A stretch of DNA of 64,000 nucleotides from Escherichia phage NRG-P0074, in the sequence record PQ480333.1; one strand, 5' to 3'. The first letter of the stretch is position 1. Every line of letters begins with the position of its first letter. The notes below the pieces were generated by a model. The model ran no database searches. It saw only the letters and a list, made by a program, of their open reading frames with translations, and had not been told where the DNA came from. Below are positions 9,741 through 18,795 of the stretch, one piece after another. Both the position numbers and the translations under genes were made by a program.

Positions 9741-9996
9741 AGACATCAAAGGCTACAAGCCACATACCGACGATAAAATCAGTAAAGTGAACGCTATTAA
9801 AGATGCAGAAGTCCGTCTTGGATTGATGTTTGATGCTCTGATTGAAGAAGCATATATCTTGAAAGAAAATGAAACAGAGCAACAAACCAAAGAAGATATG
9901 GATGCAGTGCAGGCTCTTAAGTATGCTAAGCAACATCTAAAAGAAGCCAGCATGTGGGCGTGTCGTGCAGTATTTCGACCTGAGGAAAAATACTAA
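9730..9996 (+). CDS. hypothetical protein
   Basis: ATG 9730 overlapping upstream stop; the listed 9562 ORF is probably an N-terminal over-extension. Confidence 0.45.
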   Translation: MSIEDIKGYKPHTDDKISKVNAIKDAEVRLGLMFDALIEEAYILKENETEQQTKEDMDAVQALKYAKQHLKEASMWACRAVFRPEEKY

Positions 9997-10211
9997 TGGC
10001 TTCTACTATTACTGGGTTATTGGACTTCCAAGAAAAGGTCAACAAAATTTGTAGTGAATACTTAAAGTATCTTGAAGAAGACCTTGAAGATTGTAAGGAA
10101 GAAGGCGAAGAAGACTATGCTGACCAGCGTCGCCGCCAAATCGAAGAGATGAGGCATTTCGCCAATATGGTATCTAAAGAATCTTGGGCTTTAACTCCGT
10201 TTTATCAATAA
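9996..10211 (+). CDS. hypothetical acidic protein
   Basis: 71 aa coupled ORF. Confidence 0.45.
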   Translation: MASTITGLLDFQEKVNKICSEYLKYLEEDLEDCKEEGEEDYADQRRRQIEEMRHFANMVSKESWALTPFYQ

Positions 10212-10215
10212 AGTA

Positions 10216-10265
10216 GTTTACTTCTCCTCTAGTTGTGTTACTATAGACCTGTCAACTAGAGGAGA
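10216..10265 (+). promoter_or_regulatory. early promoter inside perfect 14-bp inverted repeat TTCTCCTCTAGTTG/CAACTAGAGGAGAA; right arm holds the regB RBS
   Basis: GTTTAC 10216-10221; -10-like TACTATAG in the 16-nt loop; arms 10222-10235 and 10252-10265. Confidence 0.55.
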
Positions 10266-10272
10266 AATCAAA

Positions 10273-10731
10273 ATGACTATCAATTCGGAAGTTTTTATCC
10301 GCCGTAATAAACTCCGTCGAATCTTTGAAACGGAGTTCCGCAAAATAAATGCCAGTATAAAAGACGCTGCAAAGTCTCTTGGACTACCAGGCTTTCATAT
10401 CAAGTATTCTCAACATCTCTTAGATCGTGCTATCCAGAGAGAAATAGATGAGAATTACGTTTTTGAATTATTTCGTAAAGTAAAAAATCATGTTAAAGAA
10501 GTTGCAGAATTTTTATCAATGCCGGCACGTCCAGATGTTGATGAAGATTTTGTCGAAGGTGTCGAATATCGCCCAGGACGTTTAGAAATAACTGATGGAA
10601 ATCTTTGGTTAGGACTTACAGTTTGTCGCGAAAATCCAGCATTCAAAATGAAGACTCTTCAATGCAGAATGGCTATTATTAACAGTAAACGACTACCAGG
10701 AAAAGCTTCTAAAGCAGTGATTAAAATCTAG
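10273..10731 (+). CDS. regB: site-specific endoribonuclease RegB
   Basis: MTINSEVFIRRNKLRR...LKYSQHLLDRAIQREIDE...RLPGKASKAVIK matches T4 RegB as I recall it. Confidence 0.93.
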   Translation: MTINSEVFIRRNKLRRIFETEFRKINASIKDAAKSLGLPGFHIKYSQHLLDRAIQREIDENYVFELFRKVKNHVKEVAEFLSMPARPDVDEDFVEGVEYRPGRLEITDGNLWLGLTVCRENPAFKMKTLQCRMAIINSKRLPGKASKAVIKI

Positions 10732-10739
10732 AGGTAAAC

Positions 10740-11282
10740 ATGAGAAAAGCACTACTCGCTGGTCTATTTGCTCTTTCATTATCAGCACATAGCTCCGAGC
10801 ATACTTTTAGTAATGTCCAACTCGATAACTTGAATTATGCTTATCAGTTTGGGGAACAGTTTTCTAAGGACGGAAAATTTAAAACGCATGAAAATATGCA
10901 TAAGAAAGGACTTGGATACATAATGGCCGCAATACTATGGCAGGAATCATCTGCCGGTATTAATCTTAAAGATAAGAAAGGTCACCATGCGTATGGAATG
11001 TTCCAAAATTATCTACCAACAATGAGGGCAAGAATTAACCAGCTTGGTTATAATATGACTGATGCCCAAATTAAGAAAATGCTATCTAAGCGGTCTAATT
11101 CAACCAGATGGGCTTATATCGAATTTTCTTATTGGTTAAATATACATAACGGGGATATAAGAAAAGCTATATCCTCATATAATGCGGGATGGAAGACAAG
11201 TGCTGGAAGTAAATATGCTTCTGAAGTCCTAGAAAAGGCTAATTACCTTAAATCAAATAAACTACTGGAAATAAAAGAATGA
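10740..11282 (+). CDS. secreted soluble lytic transglycosylase (SLT-domain) protein
   Basis: Signal peptide MRKALLAGLFALSLSA; SLT motifs WQESS, GMFQ, SYNAGW. Confidence 0.6.
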   Translation: MRKALLAGLFALSLSAHSSEHTFSNVQLDNLNYAYQFGEQFSKDGKFKTHENMHKKGLGYIMAAILWQESSAGINLKDKKGHHAYGMFQNYLPTMRARINQLGYNMTDAQIKKMLSKRSNSTRWAYIEFSYWLNIHNGDIRKAISSYNAGWKTSAGSKYASEVLEKANYLKSNKLLEIKE

Positions 11283-11626
11283 CCAAAATGTTGGCTTTAA
11301 TAGTTGGCTTGGTTTCATTTAACGCTCTTGCTAATACAACATATACTGATGTAACGGAGTATACAAACAGAACGGCGTCTGATTATTGTGGTAAAAGTCA
11401 AGAGTGTAAAGTAGATTTTTCACAAAAATTGTTATATGCGTATAAAGACGGAGAAAAAGATGGGGCGTCTAGTAGGTTCAAGGCGTCTACCTTAATTAAA
11501 AGATACTATAAAAAATGGCAAATATTAGAATGCTCTGTGGCGGAACCTAAAGATAAGGCAGCATGCAATTCTATGGTGGACCGTCTAGTTGACTCTTATA
11601 CTAGAGGACTTGCAGCAAGTGATTAA
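11279..11626 (+). CDS. hypothetical secreted protein
   Basis: 115 aa with N-terminal signal peptide MTKMLALIVGLVSFNALA. Confidence 0.5.
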   Translation: MTKMLALIVGLVSFNALANTTYTDVTEYTNRTASDYCGKSQECKVDFSQKLLYAYKDGEKDGASSRFKASTLIKRYYKKWQILECSVAEPKDKAACNSMVDRLVDSYTRGLAASD

Positions 11627-12083
11627 AAACTATATCAAGGGCGATATTGTCGCCCTGTTTTCTAAAGGTAATAATATTGCTCATGGGTGTAATTGTTTTC
11701 ATACAATGGGCGCTGGTGTGGCAGGACAATTAGCAAAGGCTTATCCAAAAATTCTGGAAGCCGATAAACTTCAAACCGAATTCGGAGACAAGTCTAAACT
11801 CGGGACTTATTCGGTTTATGAAAAATATTTTAAGACCCATAAAGCTTATTGCTTTAATCTTTATACACAGTTTGAGCCGGGACCTAATTTTGAGTACTCT
11901 GCTTTAATGAATTGTATAATAGAATTAAATGAATTCGGAAAGAATAAGATAATAAAGCCTGTAATTTATATGCCTAGAATTGGTGCAGGTATTGGTGGTG
12001 GAAACTGGGATATCATCGAAGAGATTTTAGATACGTATTCCACTAAACTAGAAATTGTGATTGTTGATTGGGAACCTAAATGA
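11619..12083 (+). CDS. macro-domain-like protein
   Basis: GNNIAHGCNCFHTMGAGVAGQLA and PRIGAGIGGGNW resemble macrodomain Gly-rich loops; GTG start with GAGGA 10 nt upstream (alternative TTG at 11589). Confidence 0.5.
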   Translation: MIKNYIKGDIVALFSKGNNIAHGCNCFHTMGAGVAGQLAKAYPKILEADKLQTEFGDKSKLGTYSVYEKYFKTHKAYCFNLYTQFEPGPNFEYSALMNCIIELNEFGKNKIIKPVIYMPRIGAGIGGGNWDIIEEILDTYSTKLEIVIVDWEPK

Positions 12084-12262
12084 AATTAACTAAAGAAGAG
12101 AAAGCTAAATTGTTCGAACTTATCCATGACCTATTGGATGAGCAAGCAGCCACCAATGCGTATGATGAATATGCTCCTTTGACGGATGAAGAATATCACG
12201 CATTGATGGAATCATTTGACAGGAAAGAACAAGAACTCATTGACTACGTGAATTCACTATAA
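12080..12262 (+). CDS. hypothetical protein
   Basis: 60 aa coupled ORF. Confidence 0.45.
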   Translation: MKLTKEEKAKLFELIHDLLDEQAATNAYDEYAPLTDEEYHALMESFDRKEQELIDYVNSL

Positions 12263-12271
12263 GGGACTCTT

Positions 12272-12853
12272 ATGGCTAGTTTAATTTTTACCTATGCCGC
12301 TATGAACGCTGGTAAGTCTGCTTCATTACTTACTGCCGCACATAACTATAAAGAACGTGGCATGGGTGTATTAGTTCTTAAACCGGCTATTGATACTCGC
12401 GATTCAAAAGGTGAAATAGTCTCTCGTATTGGTATTCGTCAGGACGCCAATATAATTACAAAAGACATGGATATCTTTGAATTCTATAAATGGGCTGCAG
12501 CACAAAAGGATATTCACTGCGTATTTGTTGACGAAGCTCAGTTCTTAACTACTGAAAAGGTGTATCAACTTAGTCGTATTGTTGACGTATACAATGTGCC
12601 GGTAATGGCATATGGACTACGAACAGATTTTAAAGGTAATCTATTTGAAGGTTCTCAAGCATTAATGGCTATTGCCGATAAGCTTGTTGAACTTAAAGGT
12701 GTCTGTCATTGTGGTAAAAAGGCCACAATGGTAGCTAGAGTCACGGAAGACGGACTTCCAATTACAGATGGCAGTCAAATTGAAATTGGTGATACCGATA
12801 GATATGTGTCATTATGCCGGAAGCATTGGAACGATTTGACAGGGTTGTTATAA
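12272..12853 (+). CDS. tk: thymidine kinase
   Basis: P-loop MNAGKSASLL, VDEAQF, Zn-ribbon CHCGKKA...CRKH; typical TK1-type thymidine kinase. Confidence 0.95.
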   Translation: MASLIFTYAAMNAGKSASLLTAAHNYKERGMGVLVLKPAIDTRDSKGEIVSRIGIRQDANIITKDMDIFEFYKWAAAQKDIHCVFVDEAQFLTTEKVYQLSRIVDVYNVPVMAYGLRTDFKGNLFEGSQALMAIADKLVELKGVCHCGKKATMVARVTEDGLPITDGSQIEIGDTDRYVSLCRKHWNDLTGLL

Positions 12854-12880
12854 ATACTAATATCTAACCAAGAGGTATAT

Positions 12881-13093
12881 ATGCAGCAATTAAACGAAAG
12901 ACAACTTCGTAATCTTACTGTAACCCAATTGGATGAAATCCGAAGAGAATTAGGACATTCTATTTCTCATTTAAACGAGGATATCCGTCAAACTGGTTCT
13001 AAAGCTGATTATACACGCAAGCGCAAGCTGGAAAAATACCTCACAGATGTTAAGGCCGTCCAAAGGCGAAAAATAAATACTGGCCAAAATTAA
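12881..13093 (+). CDS. hypothetical protein
   Basis: 70 aa ORF with RBS AGAGG. Confidence 0.5.
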   Translation: MQQLNERQLRNLTVTQLDEIRRELGHSISHLNEDIRQTGSKADYTRKRKLEKYLTDVKAVQRRKINTGQN

Positions 13094-13105
13094 CAGGAGG
13101 CCTAT

Positions 13106-13408
13106 ATGGCCTTAAGAGCGATAGCTGTCATGGCGATGCTGGGGTTTTTTGCAGCAACAACTCCTATCGTTGGTACTGCATATATCGACCCATATTTTGA
13201 TAACTTTATGGAATCAGGGATTAAAAACGTATATACTTTGTTTGAAATTCAAAATGTCGAGAATTCTGAAAAATTCTATAAGTATATGGCAAAGCATTAC
13301 AAAAATAGCCCCTGTGATGATGCATTTGAATGTCACGAACAAGGCATAAAAACTGCCAGACAATTTGCCGAGTTCATGAAAATAAAATTAGAGCCTACAT
13401 CTATCTAA
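13106..13408 (+). CDS. rI: lysis inhibition regulator RI (antiholin)
   Basis: Signal-anchor MALRAIAVMAMLGFFA then DPYFDNFMESGIKNVYTLFE and Cys-containing periplasmic domain; matches T4 RI as I recall it. Confidence 0.8.
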   Translation: MALRAIAVMAMLGFFAATTPIVGTAYIDPYFDNFMESGIKNVYTLFEIQNVENSEKFYKYMAKHYKNSPCDDAFECHEQGIKTARQFAEFMKIKLEPTSI

Positions 13409-13414
13409 TTTACT

Positions 13415-13442
13415 AGCCCCTTCCGAAAGGTTGGGGCTTTTT
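13415..13442 (+). terminator. intrinsic terminator
   Basis: AGCCCC / GGGGCT stem followed by TTTT. Confidence 0.55.
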
Positions 13443-13509
13443 GGCATCTATCAGTTTACTTCTCCTCAGGTTGTGTTATAGTAAACCTTACTTACTAGAG
13501 GAGAACGTT

Positions 13510-13689
13510 ATGACACGTAAAGAAAAAATTTCTAAGTTAATGTTTTTGATTGAAGAGTACGCTAATGCGGTATCTGATTGGGAAAATGCTCATGGTTGCG
13601 AAGATGGAGACATCGACATTAACAGAGCTATGAAAAAGATGGCTGATGCCCACACCGAATTGCAAATGTATGTTAACGAGATTATGTGA
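13510..13689 (+). CDS. hypothetical protein
   Basis: ATG 13510 with RBS GAGGAG; early promoter GTTTAC at 13454. Confidence 0.5.
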   Translation: MTRKEKISKLMFLIEEYANAVSDWENAHGCEDGDIDINRAMKKMADAHTELQMYVNEIM

Positions 13690-13696
13690 GGATATT

Positions 13697-13903
13697 ATGC
13701 TTTACGATTATACTGGAAAATCTGAAGACGGTGTACTTGAACTTTTACCTGAAAGCGCTGAAGATGATGATATGGTGGCGATGTTTTGTAAAAATGGCCC
13801 TGGGGATAAGGGATGGATTTATCTTCGTCAAGAAAATGACTTAATTGTTTTGGACCCTAAACAAGTTGAAGAACTTTATCAACATTTAAAACACAATCGG
13901 TAG
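13697..13903 (+). CDS. hypothetical acidic protein
   Basis: 68 aa ORF with RBS GAGGA. Confidence 0.45.
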   Translation: MLYDYTGKSEDGVLELLPESAEDDDMVAMFCKNGPGDKGWIYLRQENDLIVLDPKQVEELYQHLKHNR

Positions 13904-13943
13904 TTTACAACTTGGTAGGACTATGTTATAGTAGTCCTACCAA
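13903..13943 (+). promoter_or_regulatory. early promoter with 12-bp perfect palindrome TTGGTAGGACTA/TAGTCCTACCAA
   Basis: GTTTAC 13903-13908; loop TGTTATAG holds the -10. Confidence 0.55.
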
Positions 13944-14168
13944 AACAAATGGAGAACAAAATGAAACTTTTGCTTATCGCTTATGTTGTAGTACAATACA
14001 ATTATCCGATGTTTACGTATAACATGGTAAATGGTGTAATGAATCTTATTGAAGCGAGTATGGTAAAATGACCTGTGAAATGGATCTTATTTAATTTTTA
14101 TAGAAATCAGGTTGATGCTCGTCAGAATGATTTGGTGAATTTTGTTGAAACTTTAATTGGTGAATAAT

Positions 14169-14699
14169 ATGAAAACTGTAATTGAAACGACTGAGTTGTT
14201 TGGTGATTTATGTATCGAAAAACGTGGTTATGCGTACGTTCTGACGCAAGAAGATGATGTTGTTACTATTCTTCCTATGGAACTAGACAAGATTTTGAAA
14301 CTCAATCCACCAGGTCATGCATCTGTAATTAACATTGATGAAGACCTCCAAGTTCGTTTTTATCACGGACTTTATAGTGGGGTTAATATCGAAACCGAAG
14401 ACGAATGTTTTTCTATTAATAATTGGAAAACATTTGTCACTAAGGTGAAAGAATTCATGGAATCTGAAACAGCCAAAAAGGCCAAACTTCAATGGGCTAA
14501 ATGCCGTAATGCTTTTATTACAAATCAGGACCGCCCTGACTATACAACAGTCCTAGGCGTTAATCCTTCTTATGAAGATGGTGATGTCGTAGTTATTCGC
14601 CAAATTGATGACCTTCGTCAACATATCATTACATTAGACAAAGATGAAGCAGTTGCTCTTAAAGCTTATCTCGATTCTATTATCCCAACTTTGAAATAA
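14169..14699 (+). CDS. hypothetical protein
   Basis: 176 aa ORF from ATG 14169. Confidence 0.5.
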   Translation: MKTVIETTELFGDLCIEKRGYAYVLTQEDDVVTILPMELDKILKLNPPGHASVINIDEDLQVRFYHGLYSGVNIETEDECFSINNWKTFVTKVKEFMESETAKKAKLQWAKCRNAFITNQDRPDYTTVLGVNPSYEDGDVVVIRQIDDLRQHIITLDKDEAVALKAYLDSIIPTLK

Positions 14700-14708
14700 G
14701 GAATTATT

Positions 14709-15185
14709 ATGATTATCAATGAAAACTCTTGGCACTTTAAAATTTATGCCGCGTTCAATAGTACATGGAATCGTCCGAAAACGTTATGTGCTTATTTTTG
14801 GAAAACGTTTCTCCCGGTATTGGCTGCTTCAATTATTGGATTTGCGATTTTAGCAGCAGTCACAATCATTGGCCAGGAAATTTTAACTAAATTCTTTGTT
14901 TTTAGCAGTCTATGGACATTAGTTCTGGCTTCAATTGGTGTAGGCATTTTAATGGTAGCAGTCATGGCTTTTATTGCTACCGGGTTGGTAATTGGTCCGT
15001 CTTGGTTGTTAGACAAATATAACGACAGAAAATATTATAAAGAAATTGAGCTCATTGCACAAAACCAAGAACGAATTAAAAATGGACTTGAGCCTATTGA
15101 ACGTAAGAAATCGATTATCGTTGAATTTTTAAAAGCTCGTAAAGCTAAAGTGTGTCCTACTCTTGAATACAAGCCAGGCAAATGA
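14709..15185 (+). CDS. hypothetical membrane protein
   Basis: Several hydrophobic helices; 158 aa. Confidence 0.5.
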   Translation: MIINENSWHFKIYAAFNSTWNRPKTLCAYFWKTFLPVLAASIIGFAILAAVTIIGQEILTKFFVFSSLWTLVLASIGVGILMVAVMAFIATGLVIGPSWLLDKYNDRKYYKEIELIAQNQERIKNGLEPIERKKSIIVEFLKARKAKVCPTLEYKPGK

Positions 15186-15964
15186 ATTATATCAAATGTT
15201 ATGATGCAATAATTCAACGAGGAAAACTTAGAGGCAGTGATAAGTCTGAGTTGAATTATTATACTGAATCCCATCACATAATCCCTTCATGTATTGGAGG
15301 GAGTGATGACCCGAGTAATAAAGTTTTATTGACTGCCAGGGAACATTTTATCGCTCATTGGTTATTATCAAAAATTCACCCAAACTCTGAAGGATTGATT
15401 TACGCTTACTGGGCGTTCTATAATTTAGGCGAAGATGCTTTAGGACGAAATCTTAAATTAACCTCAAGAGGCTATAAAGACGTAAGGGAAAAGTTTTCAG
15501 AAATTCACTCTAATAGAATGAAAGATATATGGGAATCACAAGAATATCGTGATAAGCGTTCAGCGACCATGAGCCTCCCTGAGATAAAGGCTAAAATGTC
15601 AGATTCTCAAATAGAGGCACAGAATAGACCTGAAGTTAAAGCAAAAATATCTACTGCTATCAAAGAGGCCTTTAAGAGAGATGATGTTAAAGAACGGCAT
15701 TCAAGAGCTGTTAAAAAGGCCCTAGATAATCCAGAAACTAAAAAGAGACAGTCTGAAGCGTCTAAAGCTAGACAACGAACTGGTAAACACTGGGAAGATT
15801 ATGATATGCTTTACGAACTTTGGATTAAATTGAATCGACCTAAGCGTGGGGCTTTCGGAACCTATATTAGTAAAATGGGTTATCCTAAATCAAATTACCA
15901 ACGCTTAATATTACAGTTCATTGAAGATTATGAAAGGAAAGTGAATAATGAAAACGATTGTTAA
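15182..15964 (+). CDS. HNH homing endonuclease (Mob family), free-standing mobile gene
   Basis: HNH motif ESHHIIPSCIGGSDDPSNKVLLTAREHFIAH; position equals T4 mobD between rI and nrdC.x. Confidence 0.8.
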   Translation: MNYIKCYDAIIQRGKLRGSDKSELNYYTESHHIIPSCIGGSDDPSNKVLLTAREHFIAHWLLSKIHPNSEGLIYAYWAFYNLGEDALGRNLKLTSRGYKDVREKFSEIHSNRMKDIWESQEYRDKRSATMSLPEIKAKMSDSQIEAQNRPEVKAKISTAIKEAFKRDDVKERHSRAVKKALDNPETKKRQSEASKARQRTGKHWEDYDMLYELWIKLNRPKRGAFGTYISKMGYPKSNYQRLILQFIEDYERKVNNENDC

Positions 15965-16934
15965 GGCTTACTTTGGTAGCCACCTTTATGGAACGTCTAC
16001 TCCTGAATCTGACGTCGATTTTAAAGAAATTTATGTCCCTCATGCTCGTGATATTTTGACCGGTAACGTTAAAGAACATATGAGCAAGAACACGAATAAC
16101 ACATCTTCTAAGAACACAAAAGACGACGTGGACCATGAGTTATATAGTCTCAAATATTTCTTTAAACTAGCTGCAGATGGTGAAACTGTCGCATTAGATA
16201 TGCTTCACACTCCACCAAGTCTAGTAGTTAAATCTGATTTGCCTGATGTATGGAAGTATATTCAAGATAACAGGTCTCGTTTCTATACCACTAACATGAA
16301 ATCTTATTTAGGGTATGTCCGTAAGCAAGCTTCTAAATACGGTGTCAAGGGTTCTCGACTGGCTGTTCTTCGTCAAGCCCTTAAACGTTCTAATGAATGG
16401 GGACAATACTTTGATAATGGTGCAGTAATTCGTTTATCACATATGAAGAATGTTCTGCCTGTAGGTGAATTTGCTTCATGGGTTGAAACCGAAAACGAGA
16501 AAACAGGTAAGCAAACATTCTATAATCTGTTAGACCGTAAATTCCAAGACACGTTAACCAATAAAGAGTTCAATGCCGTCCTGGTTAAACTTGAAGAGAA
16601 CTATGGTGAACGTGCTCGTAAGGCAGAAGCCAACGAAGGTATTGACTGGAAAGCATTGAGTCATGCATGTCGTGGTGGACTTCAACTATTGGAAATTTAC
16701 AAAACCGGCGACCTGGTTTACCCGCTTCAGGATGCTCCATTTATTCTCGATGTTAAGCTTGGTAAACATACGTTTAAAACCGTACAGGAATTCCTAGAAG
16801 ATATCGTTGACCAAGTTGAACATGCAGCAGAACAAGCTGCTAAGAACGGTATGCAACAAAAAGTAGATATGAGTTTCTGGGATGACTTCCTTGAACAAGT
16901 CTACTTAGAAAACCACAATTCGTACTATAAATGA
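15948..16934 (+). CDS. predicted nucleotidyltransferase (pol-beta superfamily)
   Basis: Classic GS-x10-DVD motif (AYFGSHLYGTSTPESDVDF); 328 aa. Confidence 0.6.
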   Translation: MKTIVKAYFGSHLYGTSTPESDVDFKEIYVPHARDILTGNVKEHMSKNTNNTSSKNTKDDVDHELYSLKYFFKLAADGETVALDMLHTPPSLVVKSDLPDVWKYIQDNRSRFYTTNMKSYLGYVRKQASKYGVKGSRLAVLRQALKRSNEWGQYFDNGAVIRLSHMKNVLPVGEFASWVETENEKTGKQTFYNLLDRKFQDTLTNKEFNAVLVKLEENYGERARKAEANEGIDWKALSHACRGGLQLLEIYKTGDLVYPLQDAPFILDVKLGKHTFKTVQEFLEDIVDQVEHAAEQAAKNGMQQKVDMSFWDDFLEQVYLENHNSYYK

Positions 16935-16935
16935 T

Positions 16936-16955
16936 AAGGGCCTTCGGGCCCTTTA
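16936..16955 (+). terminator. intrinsic terminator / stem-loop
   Basis: GGGCC-TTCG-GGCCC followed by TTT. Confidence 0.5.
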
Positions 16956-16982
16956 GGGGGTCAAAATATTTTTAAAAAGTAG

Positions 16983-17018
16983 TGTACATGCTTTTAGGAT
17001 ATGTTATTATAGACCTAT
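16983..17018 (+). promoter_or_regulatory. early promoter (GTGTAC -35 variant, TATTATAGACCTATC -10 module)
   Basis: Conserved TGTTATTATAGACCTATC element shared with 17262, 18739, 53667. Confidence 0.5.
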
Positions 17019-17040
17019 CAAAACAAGAGGAGAAAACAAA

Positions 17041-17259
17041 ATGAAAACCAAAATGTTAGAAATGATTCGTGAAGCTGGTGATAAAGGTCTTATGGTTAAC
17101 ACTCGTGATGCAGACCAACGTCAAGCATTCGGTGAACTGAAAGCTAAAGGTCTAGTTAAAGCATCCTTAGGAATCGGTAATGCATTACGAGTCACCTTAA
17201 CCCCAGCCGGTAAAGCAGTGTTCTTTCAACCTCTTACCAAAAAATCTCGTCGCAAATAA
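17041..17259 (+). CDS. hypothetical protein
   Basis: 72 aa; RBS AGAGGAG. Confidence 0.5.
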   Translation: MKTKMLEMIREAGDKGLMVNTRDADQRQAFGELKAKGLVKASLGIGNALRVTLTPAGKAVFFQPLTKKSRRK

Positions 17260-17261
17260 TT

Positions 17262-17300
17262 GTTTACTTTTGCTTTAAACATGTTATTATAGACCTATCG
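17262..17300 (+). promoter_or_regulatory. early promoter
   Basis: GTTTAC 17262-17267; TGTTATTATAGACCTATC 17282-17299. Confidence 0.5.
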
Positions 17301-17329
17301 AAACGAAATGAGTAAATTTGGAGAATAAA

Positions 17330-18310
17330 ATGTTCAACGTTCAAATCAAAAAAGGTATCTATCGTAATAACGAAATCTCTGGTTCTTATGTTGCCACAAA
17401 GACATGGTTCCCGGCAAAGCTTAATCCTGAATGTTCCCACTTAGGTGACGGTAAAATTTTCGTTATGATTGATGGTTCTGAACGTGGAGTATGGGTCTTC
17501 AAACCAGACATCGTAATGGAAGGAGTTGAGACATCACCAGTTGCAGTTGTTGAAAGCACTGAAGATATGAAAACTCGTATCAACAAACGCTTTAAAGTAA
17601 TGAACATGATGACGAATGGTATTATCGATGGCAAAATTCGTTCACTCATTATTTCAGGTGCAGCCGGTATTGGTAAGACGTATTCTCTGGATAAAGCACT
17701 TAATAATGCTAATGATAATGGTTTCATCAAATACAAAAGCATTAATGGTAAAATCTCTGGTATTGGCCTTTACGAACAACTTTGGCTCAACCGTGATGCA
17801 TACAGCGTTCTCTTAATCGACGACGTTGATGTATTCTCAGATATGGACATCTTGAACCTTCTTAAAGCAGCATTAGATACCGGAGATAAACGCAAAGTTT
17901 GTTGGAGCACTGCGTCATCTTATCTCGATGATAAGGGTATTGATAAAGAATTTGAGTTTGAAGGTACTATCGTTTTCATTACAAACGTTGATATCGATAA
18001 AGAGTTAGAACGCGGTTCGAAACTTGCTCCGCACCTTCAAGCTTTAGTATCTCGTTCAGTGTATTTGGACCTTGGAGTACACTCTAATGAAGAGATTATG
18101 GTTCGAGTTGAAGATGTAATATTATCTACTGACATGATGCAGAAACGTGGCCTGACGGATGCAGAAACGTATAAAGCATTGTCCTGGATGAAGGCTAACG
18201 TATCTCGTCTTCGCAATGTATCATTACGTACGGCTCTTTATGTAGCAGATTTTATTTCAACTGATAAAGATGGTTGGGAGGAAATCTCTGAAGTAACTTT
18301 ACTGAAATAA
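17330..18310 (+). CDS. AAA+ ATPase
   Basis: Walker A GAAGIGKT, Walker B LLIDDVD; ATG 17330 after RBS GGAGAA. Confidence 0.65.
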   Translation: MFNVQIKKGIYRNNEISGSYVATKTWFPAKLNPECSHLGDGKIFVMIDGSERGVWVFKPDIVMEGVETSPVAVVESTEDMKTRINKRFKVMNMMTNGIIDGKIRSLIISGAAGIGKTYSLDKALNNANDNGFIKYKSINGKISGIGLYEQLWLNRDAYSVLLIDDVDVFSDMDILNLLKAALDTGDKRKVCWSTASSYLDDKGIDKEFEFEGTIVFITNVDIDKELERGSKLAPHLQALVSRSVYLDLGVHSNEEIMVRVEDVILSTDMMQKRGLTDAETYKALSWMKANVSRLRNVSLRTALYVADFISTDKDGWEEISEVTLLK

Positions 18311-18448
18311 GCTTATAGGAAGTTCTGAGGTAACAAAAGCCATAAAGATGAATAATCATATGGCTTACCTCAAAGAAGGACACCAGGAACCTACTGAGGG
18401 CATAGAAATATTTAAAAATAATGGTGTACAAATCAAAGAGGATATGTT

Positions 18449-18736
18449 ATGGATTTTATGCAAAAAATTAAAGCCGCAGTCGAACTGTATGCTCATCGTA
18501 TGGTTAGTTCTACGATGCAATATAGCGAGGAGGTTCGCCAGGACTCTTCCTTGAAAGGAAAAACTAAAGCCTTAATTACCTTAGACCGTCTACAAAAGAA
18601 TGCCCTAGAGTTGTTCCAGTACGACAAGGATGCATATAAGAAAGAACAGGAAGAGAAACTTAAATCTGAAAAATTACAAAAAATACCGAAGTCTGTTTGG
18701 TTCAGTGGAAAAAATACCGAAAAAAGTTTCTTTTAG
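18449..18736 (+). CDS. hypothetical protein
   Basis: 95 aa; RBS AAGAGGA. Confidence 0.5.
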   Translation: MDFMQKIKAAVELYAHRMVSSTMQYSEEVRQDSSLKGKTKALITLDRLQKNALELFQYDKDAYKKEQEEKLKSEKLQKIPKSVWFSGKNTEKSFF

Positions 18737-18738
18737 TT

Positions 18739-18777
18739 GTTTACACAGGTCTATGGACATGTTACTATAGACCTATC
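18739..18777 (+). promoter_or_regulatory. early promoter with AGGTCTAT/ATAGACCT inverted repeat
   Basis: GTTTAC 18739-18744; -10-like TACTATAG. Confidence 0.5.
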
Positions 18778-18795
18778 AACTACTAGAGGTAAAAC

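Noticed and set aside
9562-9996. 144-aa ORF from the track
   Set aside because: Its 5' part overlaps the 9516-9740 gene in another frame; an ATG at 9730 overlapping the upstream stop gives a more plausible 88-aa gene.
18348-18554. 68-aa ORF overlapping the start of 18449-18736
   Set aside because: No RBS and it overlaps a better-supported ORF with AAGAGGA upstream; likely not a gene.
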